A stretch of DNA of 64,000 nucleotides, taken from positions 1,736,001-1,800,000 of the forward strand of contig NC_079238.1 of the NCBI RefSeq assembly GCF_027921745.1, given 5' to 3'. The DNA is from Schizosaccharomyces osmophilus. Taxonomy: Eukaryota. The notes under the pieces are model-generated. The model saw nothing but the letters and a program-made list of their open reading frames with translations. It was not told the origin of the DNA and did no database searches. The stretch's first letter is position 1. Each line of letters begins with the position of its first letter. Position numbers and translations under genes: made by a program. This document shows, piece by piece, positions 1 through 10,359 of this stretch.

Positions 1-179
1 GTAAGACTATTATAAAATTTGCAAGATTGCCAAAAGTATCAGTTTATATCAAATAGAGGCTTGTATCATTTTCACATTTTCAAAAAGAACCGTACTTTTG
101 GACCCAAACCTGATATACAACAAAATAACTGCCTGATTGTATATACACTACACTTTTTGCTCCCAAAATCATATTCTTT

Positions 180-3100
180 TTAAATCTCCATGTTCGTCTT
201 GTGTTTGGTGGGTGACAGTGTAGGATAAAAATCATGGGATTTTCGATAACTGTATTCACATTCCAATACATGTAGATATTCTTTGTACTTTATGCTTTTT
301 TCATATAAAAACTTCATTTTTGTGTTCCAATTCGATAGCGTTTTTTTGTAATTCTTTGATCCGGTGCCATAACAGCTAAGCATTTTGTCAAGCACATTTT
401 GAAATTCCAGACAGGTCTGAAGTAGAGTAGGCACATGGCGACGGAAATCGTTGACTTTTTCGCGTAGTGGGCGTGGAATGTCTCGTAGTCCTTGCAAATC
501 TGAAGGCTCCCAGTTTTGAATTTCCACCAAATCCCCAACATAGGTAACTGTGCCATCAGCAGAAGTGTAATGGGGTTTATCCTCTGCCCGTCGTAAAATC
601 GGACCCCAACCATATTCGGTATTTGTAATATTTTCAGGAAGTGGATGACAGGACGCCATTGCAGCATTAAAGTTGAATGCATGAATCCATTCATTCAATA
701 CGAGGATGTTGTCTACTTGAATAAGTATACTGCATTCTCCAGGGACGTTCAGTGTAAAACAATTATCTCTTCTTGAGGTGCATGACGATGGCACATCAAC
801 ACTTGCGATCGTATTTTGTAAATCAATTTCTTTGTGAATTGTTCCATGTTTCATCCAAACTTCAGCATCAGAAAGGTCTCCGGAAGTAAACATATTTAAC
901 TTGTATATATACAGCTTTCCTTGAGAAACTTTGGCAAACCGTTTATACCAAGGTCCAGCTGTCCACTTTCCGTTTTTTTCGGGAATTACTTTTTTGTACG
1001 ATATCAAGCCCTGACGCAACCACGGTAATTTTTCGTGAGTTTTCTCTTCTTTCATATGAAACTCATAGTTGAATATTTGAAAATGCGGTCTTCCATCAAT
1101 CACGTCTGGTTCTGGGAGATCAATTGTTTTTGTTGCGAAAAAACCAGCATTTGCTTCTGTTAATACATAAGATGAATTTTCTTTAAAAGCGTCATTTTCA
1201 CTAGCAATATCTGTATTCGTTATTTTTTTCTGGGGCTCTGCTCTTCGCAACAATTCTGACATTAAATTCATTTTATCCCTTTGTGGACTAACGTGACCTT
1301 TCACTTGGTTGCATAACTGTACATAAACAGCCTTTGGTACTTGGAATGGATTGACAACAAACAAATCGTAAAACTCATTAAGCATACACTCAAGAGCAAA
1401 CCCTACCTCTTGAGGCATACTATTCCAAGACGCACATAAAACTTTGGCTAACATTGTTTTCGATTTTCCATACTTCCTCCATTTTCGTCTTTGCTCAATA
1501 GGAACCGCACATACTGCTTCAGGATGGATTAAGGGCAGTATGGTCTGAAACGTTGATTTGATAAATGTATCCGCTGATGTATAATTGTACATTCGACGTC
1601 TAGTATTCGTTTCTTTGTGCAATCGGACAAGGGATTTTAGAAGCTCTAAAATTATTTCTTCGGTTAAAAACCCAAATGTCGAGTTCTGGCTTAACCATTT
1701 GTTAGCGAAAATGCGTATTAATCGTGAGTTCAAGAAATCTTCAGAACCATAGTAGAGATCGCAACAAATCTTTTGAAAAGCCTCGTAAAGGCTTAGATTT
1801 TTTAAATCATAGTATGATAGATAACTCGAGAAAACTTCACTCTTATTAGAGAAGTAATTTACAAACCAATCGGTGAAATTATAAGAAAGCAATTGGTTCT
1901 GTTGCAGATCCCATAAACAATGAGCAAGTTTCGCAGGATCAGAAAACCTTGAATCACTGCAGACTTGCAATAAAGGAAGGTAGGATGCATTTGGGATATG
2001 CAAAACGCGAACCGCACAATGGGGAATTAAGAACCTTATGTTCTCGTAGTCATTAAGGTCGTCCTTTTCTTTTATACTTGATGTAGGGGTTTCATCGTCG
2101 TCGAACTTTAATTCGAAATTGTTTAATGTTTCGATATCGTAGACATCATCACCTTCGTCGGTTGAATCTTCCATAAACTCTTCTAAAAATGTTTCTTGTA
2201 TATCCATCGTCTTCAGATCTGGATTGGCAAATAACTTGTTTCCTATTTTCTGTGGTTTAGCTCGAACACTTCGTAAATTTCCCATTTTTTTGATTTCTTC
2301 TGCAATTCCGTTCCAGTCTTCATTTTCGTGACGAATGTTCTTTTTTAATTGACATAAATAGCTTCTTTCATCATAACTGAAATTTTCATGGTCTTCTTTT
2401 AAAAAGTTCACAAAAGACTTCAAACCTTCCGGGGTGTCCGGTGTTGAATAAATCCTGTCACGTCGCATAAGCTCCTCACATAAATCTATTTCAGATAGGG
2501 AAGCATAGAATGTTACAAGAGACGATTGAATGTTGAGTATTTTTTCCATTGGAGCTTTAAGATACCTAGCGAACACAAGGGCGAATTGGTGCTCAGCATG
2601 TCTTAGATCGTAAACACGGAGCAAATGCTTAGCAGTTCTGCAAAAGTAAAGCCTATCTGAAAGGCGCTCTATCAAATACGATTCCGGCTCTGTGTTTTGA
2701 TGATCAGTAGTTAGTAGACGTTTGGGCTGCAGAGTCTCTGCTCGAACACTTTGTTGGGAAACCTCATTCTTTTTGTCGAAGTCGACCTTCTCATTTATGA
2801 TATCACTTGGAATGTTTTCCTTTTGCAAATCTTTCAAAGTATGGTTTGCAATTGTAATCTTGTCAGGGGTTACCGGTGGAATCAACTTGGATACCGATTC
2901 ATTTTCATTTTCCTTAGAAGCTAATCCTTCTGTCTCTACCGTCCTCTTAGAAAATTGAGGGGTATTAGTGAACTGTTCAGCTAATGAGCGAACGTGTCCT
3001 TTCCATGGTGCATCTTTTATATCAATATTAATCGGTATAGCATCGATTTCTTCTAGATTGGCACTCTTTGTATCATTATTCATTAAATTTGATGTTTTTT

Positions 3101-4145
3101 CTCGGATGGCTTGCAAAAATCTATGAGACGCAGACTGTTCTTGGAAAATCTCGGTTTCGGCAGGTTTTGTGGGTTCATTGGGCTGATTTCTGGAGGCGAG
3201 TTTTGTAAACACGTCTCTTATTTGATTCACTTTCTCCGTGACAATGTTGGAAATTTGATCAGGTCGACTATTTACCACATCAAGATCATTTTGATTCTCC
3301 TCAGGAGTCGTCTCTTTTCTCTCTTCGTTACGGCGTTTAGCAAGGTCTATTCTGGCACGAACATTAGCTCCTGAAACTTGCTTTTGTATCCTTCGTCGAG
3401 CAGACAAACTCAAAGTACCAGATGGATAAATTTCATTCGGGAAATTCGACACAACTAAACGAGGCTCTGGTGTAACATTCCGTTTTTTTGAGGGTTGGAT
3501 ATCATCAATACCATCTAATCCTCTTTTCATTGAGTTAGTATTACTACTGACGCTCCGCGAATGAACCTCTTCGTTGTCATTTTGTGACAAATGAGAAGAG
3601 CTGCGTAGGGGAGCACTAATGATTCTTTTTGCTGATGAATCAAGTTTCGGTGACTTCTTTCTAAAAGTTAATGAAGCTTTGGGGCTTCTCTTTCCATCGT
3701 ATAGAGATTTGAATTTAGTTGTAGATTTCTTAGGGGGTGCGTCAGCGTTCAGGACTTGTGCAGTGGATTTATAGGTTGCCTGGTTTGAGGGCTCTTGGCG
3801 AGAAATTCGGCGAAAGTTGATGAAATCTTGAAACCGCTTTGATTTAGGCAAACGCTTAAGACCGAATCTCTCATGCTCATTTATTTCACGTTCGGTGATT
3901 TCAACATCAATTTCGTCCAATTTCGAGGATATCGAGGGCTTATCATGAAGATTCTTGGTAAGTATGTCTTGACTTGGTCGATAATTGTCGAATGCAGTTT
4001 CTGAATACATATTTTTTCCTTTGTTTTGATAAGGAGAACCTTGAGACATTGGATCAAATTTCAATCGACCATCCTTGCAGGATTCAAACCCAGCTAGTTT
4101 TTCAATAAAACTGAGATGTGTTGGCGAGGTTTCTTCTTCAACCAT
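180..4145 (-). CDS. spo7: Meiotic spindle-pole-body outer plaque protein Spo7/Mug79 (low-complexity N-terminus, degenerate Sec7-like region, C-terminal PH domain and coiled coil)
   Basis: Single ORF; first ATG at 4145 gives about 1321 aa. PH-type segment (WYKRFAKVSQGKLYIY...NEWIHAFNFNAA). Position next to mug183/nop9 matches recalled S. pombe order. FLEX sites lie upstream. Confidence 0.85.
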   Translation of the reverse strand: MVEEETSPTHLSFIEKLAGFESCKDGRLKFDPMSQGSPYQNKGKNMYSETAFDNYRPSQDILTKNLHDKPSISSKLDEIDVEITEREINEHERFGLKRLPKSKRFQDFINFRRISRQEPSNQATYKSTAQVLNADAPPKKSTTKFKSLYDGKRSPKASLTFRKKSPKLDSSAKRIISAPLRSSSHLSQNDNEEVHSRSVSSNTNSMKRGLDGIDDIQPSKKRNVTPEPRLVVSNFPNEIYPSGTLSLSARRRIQKQVSGANVRARIDLAKRRNEERKETTPEENQNDLDVVNSRPDQISNIVTEKVNQIRDVFTKLASRNQPNEPTKPAETEIFQEQSASHRFLQAIREKTSNLMNNDTKSANLEEIDAIPINIDIKDAPWKGHVRSLAEQFTNTPQFSKRTVETEGLASKENENESVSKLIPPVTPDKITIANHTLKDLQKENIPSDIINEKVDFDKKNEVSQQSVRAETLQPKRLLTTDHQNTEPESYLIERLSDRLYFCRTAKHLLRVYDLRHAEHQFALVFARYLKAPMEKILNIQSSLVTFYASLSEIDLCEELMRRDRIYSTPDTPEGLKSFVNFLKEDHENFSYDERSYLCQLKKNIRHENEDWNGIAEEIKKMGNLRSVRAKPQKIGNKLFANPDLKTMDIQETFLEEFMEDSTDEGDDVYDIETLNNFELKFDDDETPTSSIKEKDDLNDYENIRFLIPHCAVRVLHIPNASYLPLLQVCSDSRFSDPAKLAHCLWDLQQNQLLSYNFTDWFVNYFSNKSEVFSSYLSYYDLKNLSLYEAFQKICCDLYYGSEDFLNSRLIRIFANKWLSQNSTFGFLTEEIILELLKSLVRLHKETNTRRRMYNYTSADTFIKSTFQTILPLIHPEAVCAVPIEQRRKWRKYGKSKTMLAKVLCASWNSMPQEVGFALECMLNEFYDLFVVNPFQVPKAVYVQLCNQVKGHVSPQRDKMNLMSELLRRAEPQKKITNTDIASENDAFKENSSYVLTEANAGFFATKTIDLPEPDVIDGRPHFQIFNYEFHMKEEKTHEKLPWLRQGLISYKKVIPEKNGKWTAGPWYKRFAKVSQGKLYIYKLNMFTSGDLSDAEVWMKHGTIHKEIDLQNTIASVDVPSSCTSRRDNCFTLNVPGECSILIQVDNILVLNEWIHAFNFNAAMASCHPLPENITNTEYGWGPILRRAEDKPHYTSADGTVTYVGDLVEIQNWEPSDLQGLRDIPRPLREKVNDFRRHVPTLLQTCLEFQNVLDKMLSCYGTGSKNYKKTLSNWNTKMKFLYEKSIKYKEYLHVLECEYSYRKSHDFYPTLSPTKHKTNMEI

Positions 4146-4490
4146 GATATAGCTATGAATTAATCCGGTTACAGGCGCTGTTGTGTTTCTTGAAATGATA
4201 ATTCGCTTGCTTGAATGAATCAATTAATTGGCTGCGAAAGATGCTGCTAAAGTTCGTGAAAAAGATTCAATCGGTAGGAGATCTTTAAATAAATATTCCA
4301 ATTATGTGCAAACAGACGTTTTTGTTCGTCTGAGTATCTCCTTTTAAATCCTCTGAGTACAACGCAAATTCCAATTGCAGGAGTATTATCCGGTATCCGG
4401 TTTGGGTTGGGAATGGTAAAAACTAAGAAAAAGTATGAGGACAATTATATGTATACATCAACAAACAATAGTTCTGTAAGTTTGGTTGAT

Positions 4491-4530
4491 ATAAACAAAC
4501 AGCTGCCATCCTGATAAATGTAAACAAACA
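4491..4530 (+). promoter_or_regulatory. Forkhead/FLEX (Mei4-type) elements in the spo7-mug183 divergent promoter
   Basis: GTAAACAAACA at 4520-4530 and ATAAACAAACA at 4491-4501. GTAAAYA is the Mei4 FLEX core, and both flanking genes are meiotically induced in S. pombe. Confidence 0.7.
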
Positions 4531-5019
4531 TTAGTTGGAAGGGCGAGAAGAACGAAAGTATATGTATCACACCAAATAAACGAGCCTTTTAGGTTCTGCC
4601 GATAAGTCTAAATTGTCAATTTGAGCAATCTGATCGCTACATCGGTTTTCACAAATCTATGAAACCAAGCACTTCGATTTGTTTCACACACGGTAGGAAT
4701 AATGTAAAAAAAATTCCAAAAGACGTAGAGAGCACATAACTAGGACGCTTTTCAAAGTAGCCTTATAACCTTCATTCTTTTGACATGGATGATTGTCTTG
4801 TCGAAAACGTTCAGTAACATTTACGGTTACTTGGATTTGGTTAATTACTTACTACAGTAAAAAAAAAAAAATTCTTTTGAATCACATCGTTGGCGAGAGT
4901 AAATCTACATCTTAACTGGAAGTATGAGATTGGGAGGAATTCAGTTGTAAGTGAGCGTACGATAGTAAGGCCAAGCACAAACCAAGAGGACTTATCATAC
5001 AATAGATTTCCTTAGCGAA

Positions 5020-6249
5020 ATGGACACAAAATTTAAAAATGACATAAAAAAAAGGTTTTCTAAAGATCGAAAATTATCACAAAATGTTTTAACGGAATGC
5101 GGTATGAATTAGGCCTCGGCGCGCAGTAGAAGAAAGCTAATATGAAGAGCGAAATTCTGGCTTATGTTCATTGATTGATAGTATATGCACTTATTATGAA
5201 GCGTCAGAAGTCAACGACAAAAATGCTGAACCTGAAGCAGGCATGAAAAGGAAAAATCGACTTCAGGGTGAAACTGGAGACTTGGTTTATGGAGTATTAG
5301 GACTCTCGTTTCAGTCGCCCATGAGGAAGCGTTTCGATACATATATATACGAACGCGGTATCAGCATTACTATACCCGGAGAAGAAAACTCAGTTGAGCT
5401 TTGGCTACCTTGGACAAATATTCATTTCGTTTGTCATATACCTGGGCCCCGAAAAGCAAACGTTCAGAATAACATAATCATATTTAGAAAGAGCAACTTA
5501 AATAACAAGTCTGTTCTAGAGGACGCAACCGCTGAAGGGAATGAACCCATACTTTTTACTGCACCGCATCCTTTGGAAAAGCTGAAGCTAGTAGAAGGCA
5601 AACGTTCGTTTACTTATTGCACAAATTCTTGGGATATATTTAGAGACTTCTTTGAATATGTAGGGATAAGTATCGTTGCTCCATCCCAAGAAGAATTTGT
5701 TTGCCCTGTAGCTCAAACCGGAGACAACGGGGTTTCTTACGGGGTAGAAGCAAATTACAAAAACAAAGATGGTAATATTTTAATTTTTTGTAAAAAATCT
5801 TCTAACCTGTGTCTTTCTTAGGCTACTTATATTTTTTAAAGAAAGGAGTCCTTTGGGGATTTCGTAAACCCATGTTGTTTATTGATACTTCAGATATTCA
5901 GAATTTTTACTATAGTAATGTTTTACAGAGAACGTTTTCAATCAATTTTGAAGTGAGGAATACGATTCTATCTTTCGATATGATTGATCAAAGCGTTTTT
6001 CAAGCCTTAAATGAGTATGCAACAACGCATGGCTTGATGGACACCAGCTTAGCAGAAGAAAAGGCTGCACCTCCTACGAAAAATCCCACTACCTCGTATT
6101 TGCAAGAGGCTGATGAAGATGAGGACAATGGGTCAGACGACAACTACTCAGACACAAAAGAAGTTGAAGAACAAGAACAAGAACAAGGACAAGGACAAGG
6201 ACAAGAAGAATCTGATGACGGCAGTGAAACTCTGGAATCCAATGAGTAA
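5020..6249 (+). CDS. mug183: Rtt106-like histone chaperone Mug183; exons 5020-5101, 5148-5771, 5822-6249
   Basis: Two introns (GTATGA..GCTAAT..AAG; GTAATA..CTAAC..TAG) join the ORFs in frame. Rtt106 motifs SFQSPMRKR, KDG-YLYFL..G.LWGFRKP, VLQRTF and FDMIDQ, plus an acidic tail. Confidence 0.85.
6169..6204 (+). repeat. Coding hexamer tandem (GAACAA)3(GGACAA)3 encoding EQEQEQGQGQGQ
   Basis: Read directly in the acidic tail of mug183. Confidence 0.85.
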
Positions 6250-6717
6250 CTGCTCTAGAATAAAGTCATTGTTGTAGCTTCCTTTCATACTTTTATTTCA
6301 GTAACTGTCAGATGTGCGAACATAAAAGTTCTTCAATGTAAACAAGTTGTTATTAGAAACCTATCTTTGAAAGATTACAATTTTATGGAACTCTTTTTTA
6401 GTTTCAAACTGATTACCTTGCTATAGTATTCCTCTTATCCTATATGAAACCATTAACAAGATGTTTAGCATAATAAATAGTACTTTTACATTCAAATGCT
6501 CAACTAATCTAATTGTGTTCAAGCCATAAAGAATTCTTCTTTCAAATAAAGATTTCTTGGTTTTTATGATATTAAGTCCCATGTTTATTTACGTACGTAG
6601 CGTAACGTTGTCGTTAACCAGGTACTGTATTATAGCGAATGCCTATTTCTACTGTATTAGGAAATTTGAGTAAGAAAGAAACCAAAGGTAAAACTAGAAC
6701 CAAAACCATAAAGCAGG

Positions 6718-8667
6718 ATGCCGAAAGGAAGAAAGCAGCGTGGAAAAAAGCACTCCTCGAAGCAGGATCCTGAAACAGAAGAGGCCCATATTGAGGTAGA
6801 CAACCTAGTTCCTTCTGAAACCGTTGAAGAAGGACAAGAAGAAAATGGATTTCAGGTCAATCCTTACACAAAGGCGCCCGTGCAACCGTTCCTCGGTGCA
6901 TTAGATCCAGAAGAAGAAAAGTATTTTCAAGAAGCCGAAAAAGCTTTCGTGAATCATTTTACGCGCGACAATGAGGAGACACGATATTTTATCGACAGCG
7001 TTTACCGTGAAATAAAAGGAAAAGAATTGATAGTTTTAAATAATGTGTTTGGTTCCAAGGTACTAGAGCATATGTTTCCTTTGGCAACAACTAGCCAGAT
7101 TAAGTCTGTCTTTTCATCCTTGAATGGTCATTATTTAGAAATTGTTCAAACCACATTTGGTTCTTATGCCTTTGAAAAGCTCTTGAGCCATATGGCGGAA
7201 ATTGTTGATTTAGAAACAAAAGGAGCTTTGGACAATGATGAAGAAATGCTGGAAGGAGAAGATCAAGTGTTCAGCACGGCAGAGTCGCTAGTGATGTACA
7301 TGTGCAATGAAATACGACCAGATTTCTCTTTGCTTATCAACCATAAGCTTGCTGTGCACGTCCTCCATAAAATCCTTATGTTATTAGATGGATATCGATT
7401 TGTTTACGCTGAAGGTCGACGCGAATCCATGGTACATATACGTGTCCCTGAAACTTTTCCTCAATTTGCATATTCCATCATTGATAGTGCAGTGGAGAAC
7501 TTGAGTACTTCAGAACTGCGTAATTATTGTGTGGATCGCTATGCTTCTAAAATAATGCAAGCATTCGTTCGTATCGACTTTGAGCGTGCACAAGGTGGCA
7601 AAAAGAAAAAGGCAGCTCCTTTAGCTGATAAATTACTACTCTCTTCGGATAACAATCTGAAGGAACTACCATTTCTTGATACCTTACTGAAAGACGAAGC
7701 TGCATCCCGTATTTTGGAGATCATTATTGAGAAGATGCCGAATTCCCAAATCCCAAGGTTCCGGGAAGCTTGGGAAGGCCGCTTTTATCGACTTTGTGTG
7801 CACCCAATTGCCAATTTCGTCATGCAACACTACATCAAGCGACTTCCTTTGGAAGAACTTGGATATGTGGTACAGGAGTTGAAACAGGGTTCCGATAATG
7901 TGGTACGTAAATCATTTTTGGCAGTCTTGAAGACTCTCTTACAAAGATGCAATACTCTTCAAGCTTACCAGCATGAATTGGCTTCTTTAATTTTTGCGTC
8001 TGCCGAGGAAAAGGAAAAGAAGCAAAACATAATTCCTATCCTTTTGCGCTCAAAGCACAAAAGAGACGTCAACAATCCCGAAAATAAGAGAAAGCTGGTC
8101 AACAATATGCTGGGTGCACAGTTATTAGAAGAGTTTCTTAATGGTCCCAAGGAATATGTTGAAGTGATTTTGAACAATGTGTTGGAACTCTCTCATGAAC
8201 AACTTATGGAATATTGTCAAGAAAGTGTGTCTTCTCGTTTGATAGAAAATATCTTGGATTGGCCAGACCTAGATCTCATTTTCCGGAAGAAGTTTTTGAA
8301 TCTGCTCTCAAATACGATTGTTGAGTTGTCCATATCAGCATCGGGTTCTCACATCGTTGACAAACTTTGGAAAGTGTCACGTGGTTTACCTCTTTACAGA
8401 ACGCGTATTGTTCAGGAACTTGTTCAAGGCGGTGACCAAGTTAAATTCGACTTTTACGGTAAAAAGGTATGGTCAAATTGGAAAGCGGAGCTATTTCGCC
8501 GTGCTCCAGACGAGTGGTATCGGTTTATGAAGGAGGATGAGCCTGTGAAACGAGTTCACGAGAAAGCTCGCAATATGCCAGGGCTGTCTGCGAATTCACA
8601 GCCACTACGGAAAAGACCAAACATGGAAGAAAGCGCAAACGAAACAGAAAAACGTGTTCGGGCTTAG
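6718..8667 (+). CDS. nop9: Pumilio-repeat 18S rRNA maturation factor Nop9
   Basis: 649-aa ORF starting MPKGRKQRGKKH, with PUF-like repeats (FGSKVLE, FGSYAFE, HPIANFVMQ, GSHIVDKLW, FYGKKVWSNW). Confidence 0.92.
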   Translation: MPKGRKQRGKKHSSKQDPETEEAHIEVDNLVPSETVEEGQEENGFQVNPYTKAPVQPFLGALDPEEEKYFQEAEKAFVNHFTRDNEETRYFIDSVYREIKGKELIVLNNVFGSKVLEHMFPLATTSQIKSVFSSLNGHYLEIVQTTFGSYAFEKLLSHMAEIVDLETKGALDNDEEMLEGEDQVFSTAESLVMYMCNEIRPDFSLLINHKLAVHVLHKILMLLDGYRFVYAEGRRESMVHIRVPETFPQFAYSIIDSAVENLSTSELRNYCVDRYASKIMQAFVRIDFERAQGGKKKKAAPLADKLLLSSDNNLKELPFLDTLLKDEAASRILEIIIEKMPNSQIPRFREAWEGRFYRLCVHPIANFVMQHYIKRLPLEELGYVVQELKQGSDNVVRKSFLAVLKTLLQRCNTLQAYQHELASLIFASAEEKEKKQNIIPILLRSKHKRDVNNPENKRKLVNNMLGAQLLEEFLNGPKEYVEVILNNVLELSHEQLMEYCQESVSSRLIENILDWPDLDLIFRKKFLNLLSNTIVELSISASGSHIVDKLWKVSRGLPLYRTRIVQELVQGGDQVKFDFYGKKVWSNWKAELFRRAPDEWYRFMKEDEPVKRVHEKARNMPGLSANSQPLRKRPNMEESANETEKRVRA

Positions 8668-9172
8668 TGCGTGTTTGCGACATTACGAAAAATAACAACT
8701 TTATTTATACTCAACTGGGGACTAGGTTTCATTTTTTTGGCTTTTAATTTGTTTAAATTTTAGAGCGGTTTCTAATAAAATCTATGATTTTGATCATTGA
8801 ACATTGTGTAGATTTTTCAAATTCTAAGATTTCTTCATTCCAGTCATTGCTTCCTTTTGCTACAACCTCTCTCACCTAGTGCCGCTCCTTCATTTGAACT
8901 GTAAAAGAAACTTGTTACCTCAAAGTTTGTTCCTTGAATAAGTGGCTTGCTAGAATGCATTGCAGCTTGTTAAGCGTTTAAGGTGGCTGGGAAAAGTCTA
9001 ATCTCTTGAAATATATAGTGAGTCGACAGCTACACTTCACAGGATGGATTTGGAAAAGTCCACCGTGCTCCGTATTTGGAGGAACTGAGTTTTTCATGGT
9101 TGACTTGAACGTTCATAGTTTTCATTTTGGACCATTGCGACTGCAAACGAGGCCTGAATTGATCAAGACAGC

Positions 9173-9882
9173 ATGGAAATTGACGATATTTTTTCTCAGA
9201 AAAAAACGCAACCCAAAGGAAGTGGTTCTGACGAGAAAGAACAAAACAAACAAGAGTCAAAACATCCTGAGAATGCTCGTCCTTCCAAGCCCAAAAAAGG
9301 TGGCAAGAAAGGAGACGATTTGTTTTTAGATCCCAAGGGAAGTTCAGGAAGTAAGTTTTTCGATCAAGCCGTTCAACTATGGAAGGAACACGAAGCGTGA
9401 AGAAAAGTTTGTCATGTCCATAAGCGAATTGAATTTGACAAATTGTCTTTACCAAATGTATTAATGATCAATTTCGAACTGAAACGACTAGACAGTCTTC
9501 ATTGAATGGAAATCCTTCTTTCCATGATTGACGCTTGTGTTTACATTTGTTTAACGCGAATCGCGATTTGCTGCCAAAATAGCTTGCTGATGTCTGGCTG
9601 GATTCGGTATTCTATTTTGGGCGGTCGAAGGCGCTATGAAATAATGATTTGCGAGACATTTTTCTGTGTCCTATCCTGTCTTTTGTTTACTAACAACATT
9701 CTAGGAAAACGAACTGAAGAAGGGTTTTTGGTGTACGATTTCGATGAACTACAAGTGGGTAAAGGAGGAGACACACCACAATGTCCTTTTGATTGTGAAT
9801 GCTGTAAGGAAAATATTCATACTGCTACCATCCTTGATGGTTCTTGTGTCTTATGTGATACTAACGATTTCTAGGTTATTAA
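9173..9882 (+). CDS. DUF1764-family small conserved protein (SPAC6G9.01c-like); exons 9173-9350, 9705-9803, 9875-9882
   Basis: Spliced product MEIDDIF...DLFLDPKGSSG-RKRTEEGFLVY..EL..GGDTPQCPFDCECCY. Canonical splice signals; intron 1 is 354 nt. Confidence 0.85.
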
Positions 9883-10013
9883 AAATTAGAAAAAAAAGTA
9901 TTGTGTCATTTTTCTTTTGTTTACGATGCCGTTGAAGGGATTCAACGGTGTCCATGGATGAAATCCTTCATAGTCTAAGTTCATTGCTGCAATAAATTTT
10001 GCAAACGTAATCT

Positions 10014-10356
10014 TGTTTATTTACATGGCGTTGCCGTCCATTTTTTTACGTGGATACAAACGATTTTCATAAACAATAAATAAACAGTGACGGGTTTCAA
10101 ACGCTTAATTGTTTATGTTTACTCTGTTGTCTTGGCAACGGAACACATTCAAAAAATCATATAAACAAATGCCAGGTCGCGCCTATTGTTCGACATAGTA
10201 GACAGGAAGAGAGCATTCCAAACAAATTAAATTTCGATTTTCTTCGGTTTCAGCAGCTGGCCTCGCAAAATTCTTCCTCTCTTCAAGAGGGCACCACAAC
10301 CTTAACATTCCTTATATTGTTATAGCACTTTGAACGTTAGGCTTCGTTGGTAAACA
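10014..10356 (+). promoter_or_regulatory. Cluster of forkhead (Sep1/Fkh2) sites and PCB-like elements in the ace2 promoter
   Basis: TGTTTAT at 10014 and 10110, TGTTTAC at 10116, ATAAACA at 10069, 10080 and 10161, GTAAACA at 10350. GGCAACG at 10134-10140 and its reverse complement at 10029-10035. ace2 is a known M-G1 forkhead target. Confidence 0.7.
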
Positions 10357-10359
10357 AAA

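Noticed and set aside
6598..6607. TAGCGTAACG, Sap1-like pentamers upstream of nop9
   Set aside because: Too short, and spacing uncertain without binding data.
9464..9590. Box C/D snoRNA reading of the DUF1764 intron (ATGATCA...CTGA)
   Set aside because: Imperfect C box, no terminal stem, and the putative guide pairs intramolecularly; no rRNA target recognised.
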